Source: Orbicella franksi (Eukaryota). From it: 64,000 bases of DNA. Every line of letters begins with the position of its first letter. Positions within the stretch are counted from its first letter, which is position 1. The DNA lies in NCBI GenBank assembly GCA_964199315.1, contig OZ116707.1, forward strand, positions 18,662,001 to 18,726,000. The letters are read 5' to 3'. The position numbers and the translations under genes were made by a program. The notes below the pieces were generated by a model. It did not search any database and was not told the DNA's origin. It worked only from the letters and a program-made list of their open reading frames with translations. Positions 25,106 to 37,106 of the stretch are shown here, in pieces.

Positions 25106-25901
25106 GTTGTTGTTTTGACGGCTGACTACTCGCGGGCTCTAATGTTCGAGCCCAGTCTTCCGACAAACCGTGCGTGGGCGCCGCGTGGGTGTTTTGCGTG
25201 GGGTGCATGAAAAATTAATATTTACCTTGATTTACAAAGACTTCCAGTCCACCATATTCAAATCTGGGCACCCTTGAACTAATGGAAAAGTTTTCAAAAT
25301 GAGTGACTCATAGAAGTGGAATTTCTTCGCTGGTTAATAACAAAGGAGCCCATTCTAGCTCTTTCGCGTTTGTCAGCCGTTCATTAACAAATGAATTGTT
25401 ACCAAGGTTTCAAAGGACGCTCTCGAACTGATAAATAAATATATCAATTTCTAAGAATAATTTCTGGTGTTTTTTTTTTCTTGCTTGCATCCTAACAATA
25501 GATAAAATTATATTGCGGTATCTTTTGTATTCACGATAATATTTCGCAGTGGAATATTTCACAGAGCATCGACTTTAATTTGGAATCTTCCTCGTGTATT
25601 TCTTGCTGAAAGATTTTTAATTAACCTAAGAGGAAAGTTTTTTTTATCATTCTCGGTCCAAACAGTGAAATTTTCTCCGCGTTCGATCGGAAGATGTGGA
25701 AAGTTCTGACTTGGGTGGGGACACCATATATGGAATGCAGGCTGTAATTTATTCCCTCCGCATTAAATTACTTGAATTGCTTGAGTTAGCAACTCGTAAC
25801 AGGGGAAGACGCAACAAATTTTATCATCGGTGTGCGATAGTTAATTCATCTGTGAGCATCATATTCTTTTGCGACTTATTCCTGACAAATCAGAACATAA
25901 G
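25106..25901. promoter_or_regulatory. head-to-head (bidirectional) promoter region of TGFBRAP1 and the NHERF-like gene
   Basis: Start codons diverge about 800 bp apart. CpG-rich patch at 25110-25205 with three GCGTGGG motifs. Acceptor-like sequence just before the NHERF ATG implies a 5'UTR intron. Confidence 0.65.
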
Positions 25902-26714
25902 ATGACTACAGAATTTGACGCTGACACCGTATCGGCTCCGCGACTGGTTGTAATGAAGCGTGGCCCAGGAGGTTACGGTTTCAACCTCCATGGTGAACGA
26001 AACGTTCAGGCAGGGCAAACGATAAGCGCCGTTGACGATGGCAGCGAGGCCCAGAAAGCTGGCCTTCGAGTCGGTGATAAAGTAGTCGAGGTGAATAGTG
26101 TGAACGTGGAGAAAATGTCGCATAGCGATGTTGTAAAGAAGATCAAAATGAACGACAAAGAAGTGTCTATGCTTGTGATCGACCACATCACTGAGGCGTA
26201 TTTGAAACAAGAAGGACGACCCATCACTGCTGATATGTGTAATCTTATGACTGTTTATCAGCCCAAGCAAGCACCGAGCGTACCCGAGGCTCCTCAACAA
26301 GTTGCTGCGGTCGATGAATCGGTTCCCGAAGTGCAAGAGTCAAACGTAGTGGAAACGACACCTCCGCCCACAATCGAGGCGAGCGAAAACACCACCGAGG
26401 AGGTTAAGAACGAAGTCGACGCCGATGGAGAAGCCGATTTGGCGAACGAAGCAACGACACCCGAGGAAGTTAAACAACTTAATGAGGTTCTGAAGAATGA
26501 AGAAGACGGACCAGCGCCTACGCCAGCTCACAACGGCACTGATGATCATCCGCCAGCACCCGTTCCAGAACCGACTCCGGCTCCTGCGCTAACCCCTGCT
26601 CCGGTACAACACGCTCCTTTGCCCAAGCCAACGGCCAAACCTCTTCGGAGCACGATCAAACAGCAAAAAGCTGAAAGCTGGGATGATAAATACAAGAAAT
26701 TCCAGCAACTGTGA
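25902..26714 (+). CDS. NHERF/EBP50-like scaffold: one PDZ domain, acidic Pro-rich linker, C-terminal ERM-binding motif; 270 aa, single coding exon
   Basis: PDZ with GYGF loop (KRGPGGYGFNLHGE...AGLRVGDKVVEVN...SHSDVVKKIK). C-terminus ESWDDKYKKFQQL resembles the recalled NHERF1 tail MDWSKKNELFSNL. Confidence 0.9.
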   Translation: MTTEFDADTVSAPRLVVMKRGPGGYGFNLHGERNVQAGQTISAVDDGSEAQKAGLRVGDKVVEVNSVNVEKMSHSDVVKKIKMNDKEVSMLVIDHITEAYLKQEGRPITADMCNLMTVYQPKQAPSVPEAPQQVAAVDESVPEVQESNVVETTPPPTIEASENTTEEVKNEVDADGEADLANEATTPEEVKQLNEVLKNEEDGPAPTPAHNGTDDHPPAPVPEPTPAPALTPAPVQHAPLPKPTAKPLRSTIKQQKAESWDDKYKKFQQL

Positions 26715-29700
26715 TCTGGCGATTTTCGACGGTGAGTTTCTAAGGCGAAGAATCCAACGTAACTTGGGAGAGAGTTATTGGAAAAGTTTCCTGGGTGGAA
26801 TCGAATGCGGTGATGTATGTAAACTAGACAGTATTCATCTCTTCGTGCGTGGACTTTAGAAACCGCCCTAGGAAAAGCAAAACAGTTTGTCTCTGGAATA
26901 TATATAAATCGATATTTTTTGAAATGAAGTTTGTAGAGCTAGTTTGACATGAGCACAAATTTTGTATTATCTGGCATGGCACGAGTTAAGCGATTGAGGG
27001 CAGTATTCAAAAAAAAAAAAAGATGGTTTATTATTAAATGTTCGTGTAGCCTTGTGTAGATTTTTGCGGTGAGTTCGAGAAGTCATCGCTTTGTTTATTG
27101 CCGAAATGTGATTTCTCCGGTATCTGTAATTGTACAGTACAGATGTTCTCGTCCATCTTAAATTCTTGCTGCTTTGAGCTGAGAAGCTTGTTTATAGCAA
27201 AGATTTAAGGACCACGTCCTAGCAAGAGTAGGCCATATCCATTCTTTAAAATATTTGCAATAAATAGCTTTTTCCACTCAATGAATATGGATTGATTGGT
27301 CGTAGTCTGTAGACAGATTTTAGCCAACTGTTGCAGACTTATGATCAAAATATTTATAGAGGATGGAACCGTGGCAGATGTTCACTGATCCGAGACCAAC
27401 TCAAACAAGTTATTTTCAGTTTCGCTACGCCTCTGATGTACTCAGTATTGTGGATGTAAGCATTATTTTGGTCGCCGTTTGGCAAGCGTTCGTGATTTTA
27501 TTAAGTTGATTTACCGTTGGCGTGATGCATAATATTGGCATACTTTCTCTATCCGATAGGCTCGCCGTTCATGTGCATCCTGTAATTGCTTGGGCAAACT
27601 TGTTCATTCTTTGCGCATCTCCCGCGAGGTGAAAATTTGCAACATATGGCACTCGAATGGGTTATTAGTCACAAAACGTCACTTGGCTACAAGCAGTAAG
27701 TTGGCTTTCCAACCATTGTCCGCTTTTATTGGCAGCAATCGAGCGCTCTTTATTATTAAAGCGACTGAAACTAGGAATAATTGGTAGCCTTGTTTACTTC
27801 TTCGACTCTCCATTACCGCTTCTGTCCGCGAAATTTAGGAACTTTTCTTAGAGATTCTAATGCCAGAAATACGGACATTGTAAACCCGGATCTTCGCCAA
27901 AGTCTTAGATAAATTTTAATGTCGGCAAAAACTGCATCTTTAAAAAACCTTTAATTCGATTTTAGCATTTATTTGGCTGAGTTGCATGTGCTTGATCGTT
28001 CAAATTTTCAACACTTACATTTTGTAAATAAAATGCTTTTAATTTCTTAGTTGCAATGCAACGTTACAATTTCTAAGCGCGTCGCTTCGTCTTTAGGTTT
28101 TTCAATTCAATTCAGTTAAATTGAATTTTGTCTCAAGTTTCTTAAAATCTGTATTTAGTTATGCGTGAGTGATGTTGCCAAGTGATTCTCACCTTTTTGT
28201 CAAGGAACGTTTTGCATGACAAGTAAGCTCCCATTAAATGGCAATAGTTGCCACTCGTTAAGCTTTAAGTGTACAACTTTTTTATGGAAACTTATGAGAC
28301 ATCTTTGTGGCTGCCAAATTTGGGCACAGCAATTGTTATTTAAAATATTCTTTCCACTGTTTGCTTTGTTTAGTTTTCTCTCCTTTTTTTCTTCCTTAAT
28401 CAGAGCATTTTAAAATTTTGTCACAGTGTGATCTCATCCCCTCCTGAATCTTCACTGAAAAACCAGGATTTAAAAACTTAAACCATGTAAACTGCATAAT
28501 TTATTATTTTTGAGTTAAGGAGATGACATCCATCCACTTGAGCTGGGACATCAACCTCTAATGTCAACACAATAATTTTCCCTGGCCCTCAATTACCATA
28601 TTTTTATTGATCCTCAAACGATGGGTGATGATTAAATCATAAAGGCATGTACCAGCAAAAGATGGAGTAACTGAGAATTGCAATCATGGCTTTGTTAAGT
28701 TACGGTAATTTCAAATGCCTGTATAAATGAGTTCTGTTATAAAAGAATCAGCTCTTTCATTTTAATTCTCACCTGCAAGGGGCATATTGTGGGCCCAATC
28801 ATTAGCACCCTGGTTAGTAAACTAAATGTTAAAATTTGAAATGTGAAACCAAAATACTGCATAAGAACAACTAGATGGCTGTAGCCAGTATGAGGCAAAC
28901 TGGGGCACTTGCCTCAGTCTGTTTTTTGTTTGTTTTTGTTGATTTTCTTTTTTGAAGGGCAAAAGTTGGACGCTTCTAAATACCTAGGTAGAGAATTTAA
29001 CCATGGATGTAGCCAGGTTGCAGACCTGCGTAGACTGCAAGCAGTCTCTTTCTTTTCCTGGTCTGTGAGAAGTTAGGTTTCTAGAGCATGCGAGCAAGCA
29101 ACGTTTGTTTCCCTAATTCACATAGGGATTTCAGGAACAAAAACCGACTACTCATAGACTTCTAAGCCCTGCTAGACACGAATTGGAAAAAAATTGATTA
29201 GTGATGAGTGAGGTGGACGCATTTTGGGCTGTTAATTGTCAGCCAAAGTGTGAACATGGTGGCCCTTGAGGTTCTCAGGTGAACTTTTATGCAAAATAAA
29301 ATCTTGTCTTCACACACGAAAAGATCACCATTGCTATGGTTACATAATAAATCACACCTTATTAAAGTGAACAGGTTTGGCATTTCATAGGTGTTTGTAT
29401 AATAACTAGAAAATTATGTGGTCGCATGGAGATATGAAATTTCCCTTGTGTTGAAAAATATTTCACTCCTTCACTGTGCTCACACATGAAATATTTTTCA
29501 ATACTTGAGGATAAATTTGGTATCTCAATCGGCCATGTAATAATCCTCTATGTTTTGCATGCCATTGAGAAAAAGAAACAGTTTGCAAGGTAACATGTTT
29601 TTTTGTCTTGTTCACACCCATATTCCTTGTTTTCTTAATTACGTCATGTTTGTCTCATTAGAGCTGTCTTTCATTTTGCTATATCTTACGAAAGACCACT

Positions 29701-31389
29701 ATGCCCCGGTTTGCATCTTCATCACTTGTCCTAAACAGGGTCTAAAAAATAGAGAGCGTAGTACTACATGGGGTAGAGATTTTTGAGTATTTAGGTCCTA
29801 AACAGGGACAGGATTTCAAACCCTCGGCAACAAATGGGTCTATCACTCACTCACCCCACCCCCACCCGGGCCCTCTATAGTACTGTATACAATTAGACAA
29901 TGGAATAAGCTTCCTTGTAACATAGTGAATATCGAGAATAGGGGGGTTTTTATTGAACGTGGCGAGTGGTGTTAATTTACGCTGGAATCGAGAAAATAAA
30001 ATTACTTTGAAAAACCGGGGATTAAATTACAGCGAGGCTACGGGAATCAACGTCTAATGGGTTCGAGTTAGCGGGAGGTTTGAAAAAACAAGAGTTGTAT
30101 TTGGATTGTTTCTTGTAAAATTTTTATCTTCATTTATTTATCTTATACTTTACTTAATAACTTTCTAGATTTCATTTATTTATTATTTTTTATTTGTATT
30201 TAAACTGGTGGTGTGAGGTAGATATTCTGCTTTATTGGTGAATAAGTTGGTTAAATACGTGACGGTCAAGCACGCGTCATGGCCACGGACCTGTCCTTCT
30301 TGACCGTCATGATCACGGGGCCGTCACGCATAGGTCATGAGACAAGACGCGAGATGAAATATTTCGCCTTCATCTCTGGACGATCGATCCTCTGAACCTT
30401 CTTTCGTGTTGCATCACACCTCGCGCACGTGAAAGATCTTCGCGCTAATTGTGGCGCACGCAGTTTACTATGAAGTCATAGTTTACACCCCACATCTGAG
30501 AAGACCACTCCTACTTAACGATCTTGGACGTTCTGTGCCCCCATTTGTCTTTTAAAGGTTCACTCTCTCGAACGTTTTTTCTATGTTTTGCGAAAAAAGA
30601 AAACCATCCATGTATTCTTGATATCAGAAGCTTGATATTTTTGCCCCACGCACCATCATATTAGGTTCTTTTAATTATCTTCCCGTTTAGCTGCCCGAAG
30701 GTTTCAAATGTCTCTTTAAGAGCTCAGTTCTATGAAAAGGAGGATAAATAGGGTAGCAAAAATCGCAGATTTGGTCATAAATAGGGTAGGAGTTTTGGGA
30801 ATTGGGCTGCACACCCCCACCTAACTTTTTTGGGAGTATCCCACCCTACCCCGGGGTTTAATTGTTCTGCAATCGCTGCATGGTTGCCCTGGTAGTGAAT
30901 CAAACAAAACTACAACACTGGTGAACTGATTCCAACGAAGTTTTTCTCTCATGGTCTGATCGTGCCATAAAACAGCAAATATCGGATAAATTGAAATTCT
31001 AAAAAAATATATATGTGTTCGTGCCAGATTTTAATTGAACCTTGATGTTGTTGTCTGTTTATGAATTTAAAGCCGTGTAATTGTCTTCTTGGAACATCAA
31101 ATTAATTTCGTTCAGTGATATAATAAGAGTGTAGAAAGCTCGCTATAGTATGACTGTTTGTTTGTTTTAAACATGCTAAACGTTACCTTCTGCCGTCGGC
31201 GAGAGCGAGATATTGACGATATTCGAAGGTTCCGCTTTAGTTAAGACAAATTTATTCAAATTCCGGCTTATAATTTCATGATCACATATAATGATAACTT
31301 ATTTCAAGTGGCTAACCAGGCATGTCAGATACCCTGACGCACATATGTCAATGTCTGCCTTCTTGGCAAACCAGGGGAGCTAATAAAAA

Positions 31390-31521
31390 ATGACGTCCTA
31401 TTATCCTACTGTGTGGCTTTACGGAGCTTACAGGTACGGCAAGAGCCTTGATCGGGGACTCGACTCCTGTGTAAACGACACCCGATACATGCGTGATCTG
31501 TATGGGAACGGAAACACTTAA
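31390..31521 (+). CDS. candidate 43-aa Tyr-rich microprotein (below the ORF-track cutoff)
   Basis: AAAAAATG context; MTSYYPTVWLYGAYRYGKSLDRGLDSCVNDTRYMRDLYGNGNT*; about 49% GC in an AT-rich neighbourhood; acceptor-like CCAG about 15 nt upstream. No family recognised. Confidence 0.4.
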   Translation: MTSYYPTVWLYGAYRYGKSLDRGLDSCVNDTRYMRDLYGNGNT

Positions 31522-31654
31522 GTCTTGATATCAGCCCAGGGAGGGATGAGTCTGTTCATGTGACGCTCAAGGTGAAAATGTTTAAATACCGTTCAAGTTC
31601 CAAAGATATGGAAATGGAGGCCTGAGAAACTTCACGGGCCGAGCGTACTGATAA

Positions 31655-31971
31655 ACGCCCCGTCCACACCACTGACGCCGAAGGAATTTGAAAACCGCGT
31701 TTTCGCTCTGGAAGCGTATCAAATTTTTTCCGTCCACTAGTCTACACAGCATTTTCACAGGATTTTCGTGACATCATCGTTTTCGAAAAGCTTCCTTTTC
31801 AAAACGTTTTCTGTCAACGCTAAAACGCAAAGCTGGCGTTTTCAAATTTCTCCGCTTTGAAGAGCGTTTTCGAGAAGCTGAGGACACAGAGTCTTAGTGT
31901 GGACAATAGGCCTAACCGTAGGAATAAAGCGGCGTTTTCAGATTTCTCCGGTGTACCGAGTGGACGAAGCC
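31655..31971. mobile_element. PIF/Harbinger-type MITE
   Basis: TAA target duplication on both sides (31652-54 and 31972-74). Degenerate TIRs GCCCCGTCCACAC...GGAATTTGAAAAC / GTTTTCAGATTTCTCCGG...GTGGACGAAGCC. Confidence 0.75.
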
Positions 31972-32279
31972 TAACTCCTCATCAAAATTCTGATTTATCG
32001 CTCCGCCAATAACTTTGTCCCGTACGACAAATAATACATTCCTAGTAGTCAGATAATGACTTGAGAAGACAGCACTTCAAAGTATACTTCTGTTCTCGCA
32101 TTACGTTTACAAAAATCACCAAAAACTGAATATCTTCATGAACTTAGTGAAAAGAGGCACTAGGAGAGTAATTAAAGTGACTGTGCTGGGACTTGAACAG
32201 GGATCTCACGACTCTGAATCCAACCGAATAATAACCAGTTTTCTACCGAAACTGAAGCATAACTGTGGACATGACGTAG

Positions 32280-34915
32280 CTAGGACTTTAATCTGCTACC
32301 AAACCAATAACTAGTCACAGCGGAATCCCCCGACGTGCATCGGAACTTGGGATTTCGCCCCTTCCTGTACCGACCGAACGCTTGCTCTCCTTTAACGTGA
32401 TTCGGAGTTTGCCCGCGGGTACAGCTGTGATTAACATCACTGCGATGGGTTAAAAAGTCACTTTTATCCTGCCCCCAGGCCGCGGTGCATTGTTGGCAGA
32501 CATGTCCCCGAACATCCATGTACTCCACCAGTTTGCAATGCCTGTTTGCCCTGAAGGTGAGAAGATCAAACTGCTCAAATTCAGCACGTACGTAGTCTCT
32601 GTAGTCGACACCGAATGATGGAAAACTGCAAGTCACTCGCCAATGGGTTGAGTGAGACTTCAGTTCCACCATTCTGCTTAGAGAGAGTCTATAAGCTTCC
32701 CAGTTTGGAAACTCTGCATTCCTCGGCGAGTCCGTAAGAAAGCCTTTTTGTGCAAATTGTTCGTTTCTGTTGCCCAATGTCTGGGACATCACCAATGTCC
32801 AGGCCCAACCGGGTTCGGAGGCCAGGTCGCAGTACAGTTTGTGGAAATGACCATCGTTGGCTTGGATACAATAGAAACCCGATGCGCGCGCACCATTTTC
32901 CCAAGCCTCTAAACAACTCTGCAACAGAAAGAAAACTTGTGTTTGAGTACGTTACGTGTAGAAGGAAGTGCATTAAAATTCAAACGAAACAATACAATTT
33001 TAATCATTGAGATCGCTTTCTAGAATTTCCCAAGTCAAGGGCGAACTGAGTTAGGCTGCGAGAATATCTAGTAATTTCGGTTCTTGTTTAAGGGGGGTCG
33101 TTCTTAGCTACCAATTGATCACGAATTCGTTGCTAAGGAAGGTTTCCAACCGTCATATTTTAAAAACCAGACCTCATAAGGTCTATAAGCCATTTGCACA
33201 GGTTAGTTCCATTGAAGACTCCTGCGAACGTTTCAAATCACGGTCATATTTGATCAGCCACGTGACCAGAATAGAAAAAAAACCCTAAAACTTAAAAGCC
33301 ATCTAAATCCGAAAATTTAAATCAGTGTCAATAGATTAAGAACGTCCAGGTGCTTAATGCTACGTATGGGTTTTATGAAACAAGTTATGAGGTAATAAAC
33401 CCCGTATTAACAGACTCTCTACAGTAGCTTTCCTCTTTTACATGTAAACGGTAACTCCATACGTACGGTTTTAAAGAAGGCTAAGTTGTTTCTGGCTCAT
33501 AAGAAAAATCGGAACTCTTCCTCTTTTCTTTCAAGTTTTAGGGGTTTAAGATTGTAACGGCGCGGCTTGGGACTGGTACTAGTTACGCACGCGAAATCAT
33601 TATTTTTTTAAAAGCAAATGTTCCCTCATATAAAATTCACCATTTGGCACTGCAAAACACTCCAGAATAGCTTTTCTCTAAATATCGCCTTCAGCAATCC
33701 CTTAGCAACAGCTCTAAATCCGCAGTTAAAAAGGACCACCCTCAACGCGCCGAGAAAAAAAAGACATTACTAGGAGATTAAAGTTTGTTCTCGACTCGTG
33801 AAACGAAAGCCGAAAAAACCGGATGCTCTCGCAGGCTATGGCAAAGACGCTGGTCTCAAAAATGGCTTTGCAATCTTCGTACGGCCAAAAACTGTTTTGG
33901 ATTCAAACAGATGGCACATGAAAATGGTAACACGTACATGTTGCCTTGCACGAAACTGGCCTTTATACAAAGAGCTGTCGACGGTGACCTTGACAAAAGT
34001 GTTGTACCTTTTTCTTTGCCGTCTTAAATCTGTCACAGCCATGCATTATTTGAACTTGTCTTCAGCTTTAAAATCAATTGTCTAATAGAACCTAGAAAAT
34101 ATAGAGGCATTTTCTTCTCCAATCTGCTAAAATAGTTAATGTAATTGTTTGTAATACAATATCGAGGAATAGACAGTTGAAAATGAATAAACCACGGCGG
34201 TGTAAAAGCTCTTAAAACAACTGACAAGATTAGCTTAAAAGGTCGGCGTTTTCTCGTCGTTTCGTTTTTTGTATTAAAAAAAAATAACCATAACATTAAT
34301 AGTGACGGTTAGAAAATGTGTTTCTGACTGTACGATGTCTAAAAACTCGACAGCACATTTATCATTTATAAAGATATAAAGACATGAACGATTTTTGATA
34401 GTCACTGACGTAAATTTGTCACAGTCAGCCCGGCAAAACTGAAGCGATGGCTTAAACATTCATCATGCGATTGCAAATAATGTACACGATTATAAAAGTC
34501 TTGCAGTGTATATTTGATTTTTGAAACCGCCGAGTGAAAATAGTTAATCTAAAATGATCTTTCATTCGAAAGTTATGTTAATTACCATTATCCTTACTTT
34601 TGTTGTTTTTCGCACTTGAGCGAAGGCAAAGCCATGTTTTCCAGTGATGGCTAGATAATCACTTTCGCCTCCACCATTTAACTCACAAACGCCGTAATCT
34701 TGTGGCGCTGAAGTTTCGTAGTTGTAAGATGAACACCCGGTGAGGGACAAACACTTGTAAGCACAGGCGAAAATTCCACGGGTTAATAATGACTTGATTA
34801 CATGGCCGATCAAAGCGTGATCGTACCAAATCGAGCTTGTGGTTTCTCGGCAGAAATCCTTGTCGCAGAAGCAAGCACCAGTGACAAGAAGTAAAAAAAG
34901 CACTTCGATCTTCAT
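32280..34915 (-). CDS. secreted PAN/apple domain + fibrinogen-related (SCxE...YCD..SEPGWAWTLVMS) protein, 318 aa, two coding exons
   Basis: Exon 1 34915-34598: signal peptide MKIEVLFLLLVTGACFC plus PAN cysteines (C-AYK-C, C-SSYNY, GVCELN), donor AAA|GTAAGG. Exon 2 32918-32280 follows the acceptor TTTCTGTTGCAG in phase 0 and is open to TAG. Confidence 0.92.
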
Positions 34916-35808
34916 ATTAGAGCCATCTCCCAACGAAAACCGATCTCTTTAGTGGAAACAAAACAAACGAGGCAGATGTCAAAAAAATGAATTCGTTTTG
35001 TTTTACAATAACGGAAATGGGATAGACTACACTTTATTACAATAAAAACACCCTGACTGGGATAAACAATCTTATTTGCGCTTGACACTGATCTCGATAA
35101 ATAAAACAAAGCTTCTTTACGTCACGAGTTTCGAAATAAGCTTTACAGTAAGCAATTTAGAGAAGGCGAATCATAACTAGTGTTTTGTAACTAACGCGAA
35201 GAGAATTTTCATTAACTAGTATCATTGGCTGTCTTGAATGACGCGCCATTACAAAGGGCGCAAAGTTTGTAACATTTGAACAGTATCTGTTTATTGCAGA
35301 AGACAATAATGTGAAGTTTCCTCTGTCTTGCAAAATAAACAACAGCGTGTGAAGAAAATATAACAGAGTCTACTAGAAAGATCCATAACTCATTGGGGTG
35401 TAAAGCTCAAGTAAATAATGAATTGCCCTTTCAAAAAGCAAGAGCATTTAATTTGAAACTGAAGGTAATTTATATGGAGTATTATTTGTCTAAAATTAAG
35501 CCTTGTTTTCGGTTTCATGTAATAATTTCCTATCGTTGTGGGGCATATGGATAGAAAGGCAGAGTTTTTTTTTAACTGTTCCATGCCTGAAACGCTCAAC
35601 TCGAAATGTCAAAGTGGCGATATACTATTGACAAACTTTATTCCCCTTCAGAAACTGCAAGCGATACGCTGTATCAATTTAGCACATAACGCAGAAACAG
35701 AAACACCACATTCAATTCCGGAATATTGAAGCACTTATTTTAGCTGGTCCCAAGACCGTGAATTTTGTTTCCCACTGCGCAAGTCATTCTAAAAGAGGAT
35801 TTGATCCA

Positions 35809-35827
35809 CCCCCCCCCCCCCCCCCCC
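35809..35827. repeat. poly-C tract (19 nt)
   Basis: Uninterrupted C run about 900 bp upstream of the PAN gene start. Confidence 0.9.
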
Positions 35828-37106
35828 GCCAACTGAAAAGAAACACTCTATTGTCTTGGTTGCGACTAAACTATTCTGCTTCGGCTGGCTCTAAAAGCCA
35901 AAAACGATAAGAATTTATTTATTGAAATCTTTAGAAATGCACGAAGCTTTAATTTAAGTTTGCTTTGTCTTTAACAGCTTGACTCCCAGATACGCATAAC
36001 TTAACAAGAACTTACCCTTCGGGTATGGTTCATGAAGAAACAAATCTACTTGTTTTCACAGGGCCAGATATAATTATAAGTGCTAATTCTCAAACGGAGA
36101 ACTGACGCAAAACTTCGTTTTCCAGATCATTCAGATCTTTTCACAGTCTTCTTCTTGTCAGATCTTTTTATAGTTTTTTCTTTTATGTGTGTTGACACAC
36201 TCCTGCCGTATCCAATTATATACAGTCCATACGGGCTTAACGCAATGCTGTTCTTTTCGTCAAAAAACGTTCAGATAACTTTGTTGCTACGCAAAATCAG
36301 AGTTAGAAAACGTACACTCGTTCACTTCGAGAGAAAACTTTTGACGAAAATGGTTGTAAGAGGGGAATGGTTAAGAAACCCGACAAAGTTCTTTGTTGTA
36401 TGTTTTTGTTCGCGTTTTTGACCTTGACCGTGCACAAAACACAATAGTTAACTCTGGAATGAAGAACTAACCAATAAAAGCGTTTTGGTCGAGTACTTGG
36501 TTCATGCATAGTGTATGAATGTAAAACAAAAGATTTTGCACGATCTTGACCTTCTATTATAAATCTTGGCATCTTTGTTTTTAATGTTTGCCAGGCTTCA
36601 TAATCATTTCTTTCTATTAACTATGCATAGAGCAATGATTTATTTAAGCCACAGCGGTGCCTGAATACGGAGCACGTTAGGGGAGAATTTGCCGATATTC
36701 GTAACCATAAGAAAGCCAACAGTTGGCAGTTAAGTTAAAGTCCAATAATCATGGTAACCACATGTCTATCTGTATTATTGTGCATCACCTTGTACTGCAG
36801 TGGTGAGAACTGGCTTGATGTTGTAAGTAGTAAATATTTACGAGCAGAATAACTGACTTGCCTTTGATGAAATGGCCTAGCACAACAATGAGCTCATTGG
36901 CACCCAGTAGGGGTTAAGGATTTCTAAACAAAATGATAGATCATTTGTTTAGAGTCTAGCATAAATACAGGTGTTTTTTAAATTGTTCTTCGGTTACGAC
37001 GCCAGTGGTCGGACACATTCTGGTTATGTTCTGATTATGTTATTGGATTAAACTCTGCTGTTGGAGCCACATAACTGCGTATTCTCTATCGTCCCTCTCA
37101 GCATGT

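Noticed and set aside
25890-26549. minus-strand ORFs over the PDZ gene
   Set aside because: Antisense shadows of a real CDS.
36751-36805. signal-peptide-like exon MVTTCLSVLLCITLYCS|G on the plus strand
   Set aside because: No compatible downstream exon could be found.
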